A stretch of DNA of 64,000 bases from Octopus vulgaris (taxonomy: Eukaryota): assembly GCA_951406725.2 (NCBI GenBank), contig OX597831.1, forward strand, positions 33,232,001 to 33,296,000, in the 5' to 3' direction. Every line of letters starts with the position of its first letter. The stretch's first letter is position 1. The notes beneath the pieces were generated by a model. It had not been told where the DNA came from and made no database searches. It saw nothing but the letters and a program-made list of their open reading frames with translations. The position numbers and the translations under genes are program-made. Shown here in pieces: positions 14,934 to 28,043 of this stretch.

Positions 14934-16159
14934 TGTTTCTTCCTTAGCCACACAGGGCAGCACACAGACGGGGCAGATTACAGAGTAGAGCTTTTCTTTT
15001 TGGGGGAAAAAAAGGTGGGGTAGGTATTCGATCAAAAGGGATCGTAAAAGGGAAAGAAGAAAAAAAAAAGAAAAAAAGGAAAAGAAACAAAAGAAAAAAA
15101 CGATCATTAGGGATCGTGTATCAAAGTGTCGTGATGTAAGGTGTAAAGGGGGAAGCAGATAAGGTTTATCCGTGGGAAGAAAAGCCTGCGGAAAAGACCA
15201 CGGTAACCTCGGTCAATATTGTTACATGTTACCACATTTGTTTGCAAGTAGGTAACCCTCCGTTTTAAATTTCCGGGTTCATAGGATTATGCTCAAAGTG
15301 GCTTCGTCTTTCATACGTGCCATCCTTGCTACATTCACCCATCTTTCTTTAAAACATTCGCTAAACAAAACTTGCCTCTCTACTCTCACTTTCCTTTTCA
15401 AGTGATACTTGAAGAAGTTGATGAGAGATTCACCAGAGAGGAAAGTGTTTGTCTCCAATCCTTTCAGACGTGTCCACCAGATACATTCTTTCGCCATAGC
15501 CACATGGATGATGAAAATAGCTCTTCCTTCCCGTTTGAAGGAAGGAGGCGTGACAATATTGACGATAGACTCAGCTGATAAACCGACTCGTCCCACACGT
15601 GATAGCAGTTGTTCGACATAAGCCCACAGGTCGGAAATTGTTGGACACTGCACGAGGGCGTGCAGAACGGTTTCCTCGCTCTGACCGCATCTCGGGCAGG
15701 TCGGCCCCGCGTTTCTCGAGCCGTGTCTGTTGAGCTTATCTCGAACGGGTAGCGCTTCTCGGTAGCACTGCCAGGCCAGTGATCTCTGGAAGTTGTCCAT
15801 GGGCCCTGGCCCGAAAGTCGTCCTGAACAGGTGGTTAAGGTATTCCTCGTCGACGTCCAGGTTCGCCCCGAGATCGTCGTCGTACCTCCCCTCCACTAAT
15901 CCCCTATAGAATGCTTTGGTTGTGTTGAAGTCACTCAAGGTCGACCCGGGACGGCATAGTTGCTTGAGAGCAACGCGACACTCGCGGTGTCATTCGCCCT
16001 TCCTCGGCCTCTTTTTAATCCGCGACTGCAGTTCGGTCATGGAGTCGAGTTGCGGGAAAGCGTGCCTCACAAACGGCGACCACACCTGTTCACCGTCGTC
16101 TACATAGAGCCTGAGATGTCGCAGTCTCAGCGCGTGTCTGCGCATCATAATACCACGGC
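14931..16159 (-). mobile_element. 5'-truncated Tx1/L1-clade LINE (ORF2 C-terminus plus 3'UTR) embedded in (GATA)n
   Basis: ORF 15279-15938 with CPRCGQSEETVLHALVQC; homologous to 235-1405; (GATA)n at 14838-14930 and 16160-16230. Confidence 0.92.
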
Positions 16160-16230
<71 letters not shown>

Positions 16231-16334
16231 CAGACAGACAAAGAAATTTGCCGTAAAAATTTCATATATATATATTTGAAGTGGTGTTTTTGATGTCCAT
16301 TCTTCTCATATGTTTAATTCACATAGTATATATA

Positions 16335-16495
16335 TTTCTTTATTACCCACAAGGGGCTAAACATAGAGGGGACAAACAAAGACAAAGTATTAAGTCGATT
16401 ATATCGACCCCAGTGCGTAACTGGTACTTAAGTTATCGACCCCGAAAGGATGAAAGGCAAAGTCAACCTCGGCGGAATTTGGACTCAGAACGTAA
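16335..16495 (-). mobile_element. SINE family C, partial
   Basis: Homologous to 57730-57895. Confidence 0.85.
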
Positions 16496-17235
16496 TAGTA
16501 TATAGTCGTAATGCTGACTACCAGTTAACGATTTGTGCGCTGTCACTGACTCAATAGCTTACTTAGATGAACTAAAATTGCACTACCAAAGTTTATACAT
16601 ACATAAATACATACATAAATACAGGCATATAAACGTACATACATACATACATGCATGTATGCATGCATACATACATGCATACATATATAAATGCATACAT
16701 ACATGGATGCGTTCATGGATATAGTGTCATATTGCAGTATTCGTTAGAATCTAGTTATTTCAACGTGTGTGACGCAAGGAAAGGTCGGGTACTGGGCGTA
16801 TAATACTCAGGAACAATTAACGCTATTGTTAGCTGAGTGTATGTTGTAAGTGCGCATATATACATCTATACGTCTATCTATATATAAGTACACAGAAAAA
16901 ATGTATATATACACGTTGGTACACGATTAGTACAAACTGTAGATGGTTTCCTATGCAGTGTGTGTATAAAAGAAGAACTACAAATGGGGTTCAAAATACC
17001 CAACAGCTGTTTCGGCAGCATTTTATGGATGAATTCTGAGATAAGCTATCTAGTGGGTAGTGTAGGTTGGTGAGCAAGTCATTATATCTTCCGACTTATC
17101 TGTTTCTTTGTTCAATATCTCCTGAAGATGGCGGATTTTTGCCACGATGTAATATGAGAGTGCCGAAACGGCAGTTGTGAAATTTGCACTTCATTTGTGT
17201 TCTACTTTTATACATACATACATACATACATACAT

Positions 17236-17292
<57 letters not shown>

Positions 17293-17559
17293 TACATACA
17301 TACATACATACATACATACATACATGTATACAAATACATACCCGCATACACATGCACATAGACACACATACATTCAAACTCTCTCTGATTCTCTCACACA
17401 TACACATACACACATGCTGTGTCTCACATGCTCTCTCTTTCTCACACTCACTTTCTCATATACATACACACACTTTTGCGCTCTCTCTCTCTCTCACTCT
17501 TTCTCTCTCCTTCTCTATCTATATCTCGCGCATACACATACATACATCAAAATGGTGTC

Positions 17560-18335
17560 GAAAAAGAAAGTGGAAAGAGAGAAAGACAGCTGTCTGAGTG
17601 TTAGAAGATATTTCCATTGGTGAGAGAGAGAGAGAGATTAAGGTGGAGAGACATTGAGAAAGAGGGAGAGAGTATGACATGAGAAAAAGACAGAGAAATG
17701 GTAAAGAGGAGGTGTGAGTAGAAGGCAGACTGAGAACAAGTAGTATCAAAGGTAAGGAAGGGAACACGAGACCTCCAGAAGAAACAAAAAAGATGGGGTA
17801 TAGGTATGAAGAAGAAAATGCGAAAGAGACGAGGAAGAGAAGAGGGAGATCTGAGTAGGGAAATGTTGGAAAATGAGATGGGAGAGAGGGAGAGAGAGGG
17901 GGGAATAATAAAGCGATGTGAATACCGCATAGATAGATAGAGTGGAAGAGAGAGGGAAAGAAAATAAGGTGGGGGAGAGTAAATGGAGAAAATAAAGTGA
18001 GGGAGAAAGGAAGAAAGATAGATAGAAAGAGGGAGAGAGAAAGAGAGAGAGGGGAGAAAGTAGAGAGAGGAAGATAAATTGATAGAAAGACAAACATAGA
18101 TAGACAGAGAGAGAGACAGAGAGAGAGAGAGAGCGGAAAAAGAGAAAATGGAAGTTGAATAAAGAGAAGTAAATATCGCATAGAAAGATAGAGGAATAAA
18201 GAGAGAGAGAGAGAGGGGGGGGATAGGGAATGAAAAAGGGAGAGTGTATGTGTGTGAATGGAGAAAATAGACAGAGAGAGAGGGGGAGAACGAAGCTAGG
18301 AAGAGAGAAAGATATGGTAGTGATAAAAGAGGCAT
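17560..18335. repeat. GA-rich low-complexity tract
   Basis: Direct reading. Confidence 0.85.
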
Positions 18336-18789
18336 AAAATAGAAGACGTTATAGACTATAGATTAAAAAGTAAATAACAAAATAAATAAATAACAAATAC
18401 AAATAAACAACTCTGACATTACATGATTAAAAAACAAGACAATATTAAACAAATATTTTTTTTTTTAAAAAAACCTAAAAAAAATGAACATCAATCCAAG
18501 ACGAACGAACAAACAAAATATTCTAAACTTTCGCCATACGAGATGGTGTCGTCTGCTTCTTTACATAATTTTTCCTCCATTTGCTCTTCATAATATTATT
18601 GTCGCTTGTTTTTACTCGAGTGACGAAAAGAGAATAAAAAGCAAAAGAGACAAAAAATTTTAAAAAAACAAGCCAATTGGAAAAACATATTCGGAGGAAA
18701 AATGGTTGCGTTTTAATCCAATTGGTGTTGGTTTTACTTATTCATGATTTATAAGTATCTTCTACTAGTCATTATTTTTGATCTCACCC

Positions 18790-19361
18790 CCGTCTTTTTC
18801 TTTCTTTCTTTCATTCTTTCTTTCTTTCTTTCTTTCTTCCGCTCTTTCTTTCTTTCACACTCTCTCTCTTTCTTTCGTTCTTTCTTTCATACACACTCTC
18901 TCTTTTTCTTTCTAACTTTCTTTCTTTCACTCCCACTCTTCTCTCTTTCTCTCACTCTCTCACTCACTCTCTTTCTTTCTTTCTTTATTCCTTTCACACA
19001 CTCTTTCTTTCTTTCTTTATCTCTCTCTCTCTCCCACTCTCTCTCTCTTTCTCTCACTCTCTTTCTCTCACTCTCTCACTCACTCTTTCTTTTTTTCACA
19101 CTCTTTCTCTCTTTCTTCTTTCTTTCTTCCTTCCTTTCACACTCTCTCTTTCTTTCTTTCTTTCTTTCTCTCTCCCACTCTCTCTCTTACTCTCACTCTC
19201 TCACTCACTCTCTTTCCCTCAACCCACTTGCTTGTCTCTATCTCCATGTTTTTTTTCCTTTTCTCCTTTCTCCTATTTCTCTGTCGCTCACGTTGTTGTA
19301 TTCTCTCTTTTTTATGATCTCATATCTTATACTCTACCCTTCTGCCGGATATCTGTCTATC

Positions 19362-19433
<72 letters not shown>

Positions 19434-19449
19434 AATCTATCTCTCTGTG

Positions 19450-19498
<49 letters not shown>

Positions 19499-19501
19499 GT
19501 G

Positions 19502-19587
<86 letters not shown>

Positions 19588-19588
19588 C

Positions 19589-19642
<54 letters not shown>

Positions 19643-19730
19643 GCCTCTGTCTTTTTGTCAGTTTGTTTATCTATCTGTCTGTCAGTTTGTCTGTCTGTTT
19701 ACGTGCCTATCTCTCTACTTATCTTTCTAT
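18790..19730. repeat. CT-rich low-complexity tract followed by (TATC)n
   Basis: Direct reading. Confidence 0.9.
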
Positions 19731-19976
19731 AGATGAGCTGGACACGTCGCCCGGCTCACCGATAATCGGTGGACGCACGCAGTTGTAGAGTGGTACCCGC
19801 GTGAGCGGAAAGACCACCCGGAAGACCTCCACGACGGTGGAGTGACGATTTCAAGAGGACAATAGGGATCACGTGGATGAGAAAGGCGCGATCCAGAGAG
19901 GAGTGGACAGCGTGCTGTGACCAGCGGTGTCAAATGGACGCCTGACGGACTGGTCGGTCAAAGTGATCAAAGTGAT
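19731..19976 (+). mobile_element. RTE-clade LINE 3' end
   Basis: R*AGHVARLTDNRWTHAVVEWYPRE / RPPGRPPRRWSDDF..WMRKARSREEW (one frameshift); short tandem tail (caaagtgat)2. Confidence 0.85.
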
Positions 19977-20001
19977 ATATATAAATACGGCTGCACATTT
20001 A

Positions 20002-20213
20002 TTTTCAATCGCTGCAATTGTTTCTGCGCAACGTAGTTCTCCAGGTGTTCAGATACTTCATTATGGAACCATTCCCCGCATTATGAGATCTAGTTGTATT
20101 TCCTCAGGTGATATGTAAATATTGTTTCCGTAAGTTCAATTCCTCGGGTTCAAGAGCATCCTCTGTGTTGTGGCCGAGAATTTGAACTTACGGAGTCAAT
20201 ATTTAAATATCAC
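20002..20213. mobile_element. Partial copy of the palindromic hammerhead-bearing element
   Basis: Matches 32391-32606; hammerhead-like motif on the minus strand at 20008-20112. Confidence 0.8.
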
Positions 20214-20370
20214 ATAATGCAGGTAAATAGTTGTATAATCAGGTAGATAGATGTAGATAGATAGATAGATAGCTATGTAATTGTATATTTATACATATAT
20301 ATACACATTTATATATATTTACACATATACAAAACTATCGGTTCTAAATTGCGAATAACTACCTTAATAA

Positions 20371-20420
<50 letters not shown>

Positions 20421-20424
<4 letters not shown>

Positions 20425-20735
20425 ATTAATGATGGAGACGGAAGATAGAAGGTACGAGAATGTTTGTTGATCACTACAGTTGTTTCGACCCATCTAGCAT
20501 CGATCCCTCACCAGTGGGACACTGAACATCTGGCTTAGGTGTGTCCGTTGGTGTAGATGTTTCTCCTCGGGTGATTACAAGATGTACCCTGTTAAAATAA
20601 CGTCAGTTCCACAAGACTTCTTTTTAGTATGTGTTTATAAAAGCAGAAAATTAAGGGATACAGCTAGATGGGTCAAAACAATTGTAGTGATTAATAAACA
20701 TCCTCGTATCTTCCATCTTCCGTCATTAACCAAAT
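20421..20735 (-). mobile_element. Penelope-like remnant with inverted terminal segments and a hammerhead motif
   Basis: 20421-20498 and 20663-20735 are inverted repeats. Minus strand 20575-20470 reads ATCAC CCGAGGA GA..CATCTA...TAGATG..TC GAAAC AACT GTA GTGAT. Confidence 0.6.
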
Positions 20736-20838
20736 ACTCTCATTAACCAAATACCCAACGGACACTGAGAAAGTGAACGTGTTTTACGGGTAAACTACCA
20801 GGCGTATAACATATGATTAATTAACTAACGTGTGTGTG

Positions 20839-20909
<71 letters not shown>

Positions 20910-20913
<4 letters not shown>

Positions 20914-21110
20914 ATCCAAACAATGAAGAAGAAACAAGAAAAAACAATAACGCGAGGACATGGTACAAGTACTGTATTATCAGACGCTCAGGAAAGGGAG
21001 GAAAGAGGATTTAACGTTTCGAGCCAAGCTCTTCTTCAGAAATAGAGGAAAGTTCAAAAGAAGGGAAGGCGGAGAAAGAAAGCCACCGAAGATACACATG
21101 CGGTTACATT
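20910..21110 (-). mobile_element. ~200-bp hammerhead-bearing repeat (Penelope-like), copy 1
   Basis: Inverted homolog of 23157-23365; flanked by (TA)n. Confidence 0.7.
21009..21043 (-). ncRNA. Minimal type-I hammerhead ribozyme motif with intact core
   Basis: ATTT CTGAAGA A GAGC ttg GCTC GAAAC GTT AAAT: stem I, CUGANGA, extra A, stem II, GAAA, palindromic ACGU in place of stem III. Confidence 0.75.
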
Positions 21111-21355
21111 TCGAAATATATATACATATATATATATATATAGTATTGCTGCCTGGGAGATTTTCTTATGATAGCGAAATACTTAACTGCTATTTCTAAA
21201 TTTCGGTATGTGGTGAAGCAAATTTTTGCTGAACCCTAATTATAATTATACTCATAATTATAAAATTTTTGTTTGAGTTTACCGATAATGGTTATTTTAA
21301 CATACTGAACTACTTAGTAAAATTATTAATTATTAACTAATTAATTAATTATACC

Positions 21356-21424
<69 letters not shown>

Positions 21425-21427
<3 letters not shown>

Positions 21428-21625
21428 AGAGTTTACGAAAAATACAAAAGACGAAGACAGGTGATATACAAAACAAACAGATGTATTAGTATAACGCTCA
21501 GGAATAGAAAAAGTATTTTACGTTTCGAGCCTACGCTCTTCTACAGAAAGGGACACAGAAAAAACAAGGAGAGAAACAAGGAGAGAAAAAAAGGAGAGAA
21601 AAAAAGGAGAGGGAAGAAAGGAGAG
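21425..21625 (-). mobile_element. Sister hammerhead-bearing repeat (motif 21516-21549, core CTGTAGA)
   Basis: TTT CTGTAGA A GAGC gtag GCTC GAAAC GTA AAA; homologous to 47520-47645. Confidence 0.65.
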
Positions 21626-21649
21626 ATGTATATATATATACATATAAGC

Positions 21650-21765
21650 GACAGGCTTCTTTGAGTTTCGTCAGCTCAAGGCTATAGTAGAAGGTATATG
21701 CCTTAGTTGCCGCATAGTGACTGAACCCAAGGCCGTATGGTTCGGAAGCAAACTCCTTAACCAAG
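21650..21765 (-). mobile_element. SINE family A head, decayed
   Basis: Similar to the reverse complement of the 28321 head. Confidence 0.6.
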
Positions 21766-22291
21766 GGACCACTATTCTAGTACTTCACCGGTCTATCCGA
21801 TGTAACAGCTTAGTGTCCTGAGGTTTGCAGCTTTACTAAATGAAACCATGGGCTAAGAAGTAGTGTTTAACGTGGCCCCGTTATGTATCTGCCAATAAGA
21901 AAAGAGGAACGGCCGGTGTTTACACCATAAACAGCAAGAAAACACACAGCAGCAGTTTTATAAACAACAATGTCTCGGTAGGGACGGGGTAAGACGACAC
22001 ACTGTATGATAATGACTAGGGTGGTGGTGGTGGTGATGGTTGTAGTTGTGGCAGTAGCTGTGATGGTGGTGATAATGATGAGGATAAGGATAATCATGAT
22101 GTTGGTGATAATGGTGTTGATGGTGATGGGTTCTAGTTGCGGTGGGGAAGGTGGTGGTGAGAATGAAAATAAAGAAACGGGTGCTCTATGGTGCCAAGAA
22201 TGTAGAAAGATTACTCGATATATTTTAGACAAATAACTGAGAGTAAAGAAGTAAATATGTATACACGTGAGTGCATATATGTATGTATATA

Positions 22292-22343
<52 letters not shown>

Positions 22344-22437
22344 TACATGTATAAGTATATCGATACATACATACAAATATATATTATTAGATGTACATAC
22401 ATGCATAAATATTATATGTATATATATATATATATAA

Positions 22438-22483
<46 letters not shown>

Positions 22484-22534
22484 CTATCTATGTGTATATA
22501 TATGTGTGTGTGTGAGTGTGAGTATACATATATG

Positions 22535-22584
<50 letters not shown>

Positions 22585-22585
<1 letters not shown>

Positions 22586-23102
22586 CTATTATATAAAATC
22601 TGTTTTGTCTATCTGTGTGTGTGTCTTCTAGGATCTCGGGCATCCTCCATCCGATTGCGGTCAAATTTCACATGTAGATACCGACGGTATCAGGGCATGT
22701 ATATAAGTCTTGAAAAAAATTACAAAAATCGATTCCAGGTGAGAATGCGATCGATAAAACCGTGGGAACGTGCATTTGTATGCGCAAGTATATCAGTTGT
22801 TGCGATCGATACTACGCGTACACGAGAAAAATGCACGTGCAGTTTGCGTAAAAAAAGCCGGCTGGCTTATAATAATGCCACAAAATGCTATATATTTAAG
22901 AAACCAAAAAAGTAAAATGCAAAAGAGATATTTTCTTCAAACTTAGCATGAAGGAAGGAAAGACTATTGGCTTCTCAAGAAGTTTTTTTCTTTTAGCCTT
23001 AACTTTATTGAAATAAAGGCATGCTTAATTATTTTTTAATGAAAAGAAAACACTGATTGCCTTTTATTCAGCACCGTCCATTGGACGGAAGGGGGCGTTT
23101 TA

Positions 23103-23105
<3 letters not shown>
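22585..23105 (+). mobile_element. Putative non-autonomous Helitron
   Basis: Starts A|TCtattatataaaa..gtctatctgtgtgt..ccgattgcggtcaaattt (Helitron-like 5' end); perfect hairpin ccgtcca-t-tggacgg at 23074-23088; no clean CTRR end. Confidence 0.5.
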
Positions 23106-23156
<51 letters not shown>

Positions 23157-23160
<4 letters not shown>

Positions 23161-23365
23161 ACCGCGTTTGTACCGTTGTCGATTATTTTTCCCTCCGTCT
23201 TCCCTTCTCTGGATCTTTCCTTTTCCTATGTTTCTGACGAAGAGCTCCGCTCGGAACGTAAAACCCTCCTTCTTCCCTTCCTTCCTGAGCGTCCAATAAC
23301 ACTATATTTGTTCCACGTCCTCGCGTTGTTGTGTTTTCTCTTTGTGTTTTCATGTTTGGATTAAC
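23157..23365 (+). mobile_element. ~200-bp hammerhead-bearing repeat, copy 2 (motif 23230-23264)
   Basis: GTTT CTGACGA A GAGC tcc GCTC GGAAC GTA AAAC (one core substitution). Confidence 0.7.
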
Positions 23366-23384
23366 TTTATATATATATATAAAA

Positions 23385-23762
23385 CCAGTGGTTAGGGCAG
23401 CGGACTCGCGGTCGTAGGATCGCGGTTTCGATTCCCAGACCGGGCGTTGTCAGTGCGTTGTGAGTGTTTATTGAGCGAAAACAACTAAAGCTCCACGAGG
23501 CTCCGGCAGGGATGGTGGTGATCTCTGCTGTACTCTTTCACCACAACTTTCTCTCACTCTTACTTCCTGATTCTGTTGTACCTGTATTTCAAAGGGCCGG
23601 CCTTGTCACTCCCTGTGTCACGCTGAATATCCCCGAGAACTACGTTAAGGGTACACGTGTCTGTGGAGTGCTCAGCCACATACACGTTAATTTCACGAGC
23701 AGGTTGTTCTGTTGATCGGATCAACCGGAACCCTCGTCGTCGTAACCGACGGAGTGCTTCCA
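23385..23762 (+). mobile_element. SINE family B (B1 tail)
   Basis: cagtggttagggcagcggactcgcggtcgtaggatcgcggtttcgattccc head; tail shared with 3991-4312. Confidence 0.85.
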
Positions 23763-23799
23763 TCCCTCATATATATATATATACATATGTATATGTATG

Positions 23800-23845
<46 letters not shown>

Positions 23846-23893
23846 TGTGTATATAAACTTATGTATATTTATATAATGTACGTATACACACAT

Positions 23894-23928
<35 letters not shown>

Positions 23929-24177
23929 CATGCATACACACATACGCACACACGCATACATATACACACGCACATATGCATACGATATGTGCACTGTGCG
24001 TTTGTTGGGGCTGTATTGAAAACACGATCGTTACATTCATGGTAAAAGCTGTGCTAAAACAAAGACACTCTCTCTTTCTCTCCCCTTTTCTCTCACTCTT
24101 TCTTTCTTTCTCTTTCACTCTCTTTCTCATCTATCTATCTATTTATCTATCTGTCTATCTATCTCTTTCTCTCTCTT

Positions 24178-24299
<122 letters not shown>

Positions 24300-24452
24300 C
24301 GTACATATATTTACATATATTTAAGAATTTTATACTTTTTCTATGCGTTCATAGTCAGTGTGCCTCTGTGTGTGTATGTATATATATACATATAGATGTA
24401 TGTGTGTGCGTTTGTATATACATACATATAAAACATATATATATACACTGAC

Positions 24453-24489
<37 letters not shown>

Positions 24490-24550
24490 CAAACACACAC
24501 ACATATATTACATGCATATAGCTATGCATGTATGCATGCATTTAGATATG

Positions 24551-24639
<89 letters not shown>

Positions 24640-24937
24640 GCTAGATGTGTATAAAGTGAATCACCAGTGAATTTGACATCAACATTGAACTGTATTAGAT
24701 TATTTTCTGATTTTAATGTCGACATTCGCCTTCAATGGAATCCCATGGAACCGTTCTTTATTGTGATCATGGCTCGAGCTGCATGCATGCATATATGTAT
24801 ACAACCAGGCGTATATGTACCTATGTATCTATCGATGTGATTTGAAATATATCTTTCTGTGACAAGAATATTTCATACTGTATGTGTGTGTATGTGTGTG
24901 TAGAAATGTACATATATATATACATATATATACATAC

Positions 24938-25028
<91 letters not shown>

Positions 25029-25120
25029 TATATACCTATATGCGCACAGACACACACATGCTTATTCATGTGATTTTACTAACGTGTTTCTTATGTGTAT
25101 TTGTTTTCGTGTGCGTGTTT

Positions 25121-25173
<53 letters not shown>

Positions 25174-25316
25174 AAGAAAGAGAGAGAGAGAGAAAGAAAG
25201 AGATAATAGAGAAAGAAAGAAAGAGAGAAATAGAGAATGAAAGACAAAGACAGAAACAGAGAGAGAAAGAAAAAGAGACAGAAAGATTATACATATATAC
25301 GCAAACACACACATCA

Positions 25317-25351
<35 letters not shown>

Positions 25352-25980
25352 AAACAATATATACTCATATATAATTATATATAAATATATATATATATAG
25401 TTTTATATACACATATAATGAATATATATATATATGTGATATGTATATATATATATATCATACATCCATATAATATATATATATAGATATATACACACAA
25501 AATCTTTTTTAAATATGATTGAGTGCATATGTATGTTTTATATCGGTTATATATGAGAAAACCGCATATTTATACTTATATACATTTATCCCAACAAACC
25601 TCCCTACCTACCTACCAAATTACATACATACATACGTACGTACATACATACATACATACATACATACATACATACATACATACATACATACATACATACA
25701 TGTATACATACATATATATATATACACACACAATAATATATGAGTACACATACACATTTACATATATAAGCAAATGTATATGTATATATACATATATATA
25801 AAATATATATATATGATATATATATATGTATGTATATATGTGTGTATGTTGATAAGTAGATAGGTAGGTATGAATCTATATTTACATAAATATGAAAAAT
25901 GTATGTATGTGTATATACATACATAGATACATACATACACACATACATATATATATATATATACATTTATACAAATATGT

Positions 25981-26080
<100 letters not shown>

Positions 26081-26642
26081 GAAGTACACACTGACAAACT
26101 ATTTCATACATACATAAGAACACACACACGCACACACATACACACACACAGATACATGCACACACACACACACACATATATGTATATGACACATTTTCTT
26201 GTATATTTATCAAGAGAGCAACGTGTAACGGTAAATGTTGATTCTTTTTTTTTTTATCTTATATAGGTGAGATAATTAATTTAGAAAATATTCAGGTAAG
26301 AAATATGAAATTTCTAATTTCTCTTGTTTCAAGACTGAAATAATTGCTCTGGTTCTGGTTTTCAGAAGATTCTAAAAGAATTACCAAAATCTGGCATAAT
26401 CTCTGACGACAGAAATCTCATCGAGAAATAACAAGGGGAATTACGTGTACATATGATGCGCACAATTATATACACTCCTATTTATATACGTTCTTAGGTA
26501 CATTTATTCGTATATATGTTCTTACATGCACACCTACGTACAAATATACGTATATATATATATATATATATCAAAAAATATGTATGTGTATGCATCTGAT
26601 ACATAGATACGTGCATGTATACATATATATATATATATATAG

Positions 26643-26796
26643 AGTGTTTGTGTGGTAAGAAGCTTGCTTACCAACCACATGGTTCTGGGTTCAGTCCCAC
26701 TGCGTGAAACCTTGGGCAAGTGTCTTCTACTATAACCTCGGACCGACCAAAGCCTTGTGAGTGGATTTGGTAGACAGATACTGAAAGAAGCACGTC

Positions 26797-26871
<75 letters not shown>

Positions 26872-27220
26872 TTGTATGTATGTATGTATGTATGTATGTA
26901 TGTATGTACGTACGTAGGTACGTAGGTACGTAGGTACGTATGTATGTACGTACGTAGGTACGTAGGTACGTATGTATGTATGTATGTATGTATGTATGTA
27001 TGTATCTGCGTTTCTGTGTTTGTACACCCACCACCATCGCTTGATAACCGATTCTGGTGTGTTTATGTCGCCACAACTTAGTGGATCGGCAAAAGAGACC
27101 GGTGGAATAAGTACTAGGCTTACAAAGAATAATTCCTGGGGTCGAATTGTCCGACTAAATGCGACTCTCCAGTATGGCCGCAGTCAAATGCCCGAAACAA
27201 AGGAATAAAAAGATAAAAGA
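26643..27220 (+). mobile_element. SINE family A, full length, with internal microsatellite
   Basis: Head gtggtaagaagc..gggttcagtccc..ccttgggcaagtgtc (CORE-like); internal (TA)n/(TATG)n; tail ..ggccgcagtcaaatg..gaaacaa. Confidence 0.9.
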
Positions 27221-27231
27221 CTATGTGTGTG

Positions 27232-27304
<73 letters not shown>

Positions 27305-27619
27305 GCGCGCGTGTGTGTGTGTTTGTGTATTTATATATATCTACATATGTATATATGCATGTATCTGAATATGAGAGGCGTATATATACATTCGTACGAA
27401 TATATGTACAGTGCATGCATATATACACATACGTACACACGTATGTAAATATATACATTCACCTTTATACGTATGTTCATGCAAAAATACACATTTACGA
27501 GAAGCATATAAACATGCATGCAAACACCCATACACACACACATATATACACACATACACACACACACACATATATACGAATACATACCTGCATATATACA
27601 TAAATGAATATATATATAT

Positions 27620-27773
27620 TCTTTTTACTCTTTTACTCTTTTACTTGTTTCAGCAACTCGACCCCGGGACTTATTCTATCGGTCTCTTTTGCAGAACCGC
27701 TAAGTAACGGGGACATAAACACACCAGCATCGGTTGTCAAGCAATGCTAGGGGGACAAACACAGACACACACA

Positions 27774-27819
<46 letters not shown>

Positions 27820-27980
27820 TATACGACGAGCTTCTTTCAGTTTCCGTCTACCAAATCCACTCACAAGGCTTTGGTCGGCCCGAGGCTATAATAGAAGACA
27901 CCTGCGCAAGGTGCCACGCAGTGGGACTGAACCCGGAACCATATGGTTGGTAAGCAAGCTACTTACCACACAGCCACTCC
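27620..27980 (-). mobile_element. SINE family A
   Basis: Reverse complement of 28321-28728 with a deletion in the tail. Confidence 0.9.
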
Positions 27981-27990
27981 TATATATATA

Positions 27991-28043
<53 letters not shown>

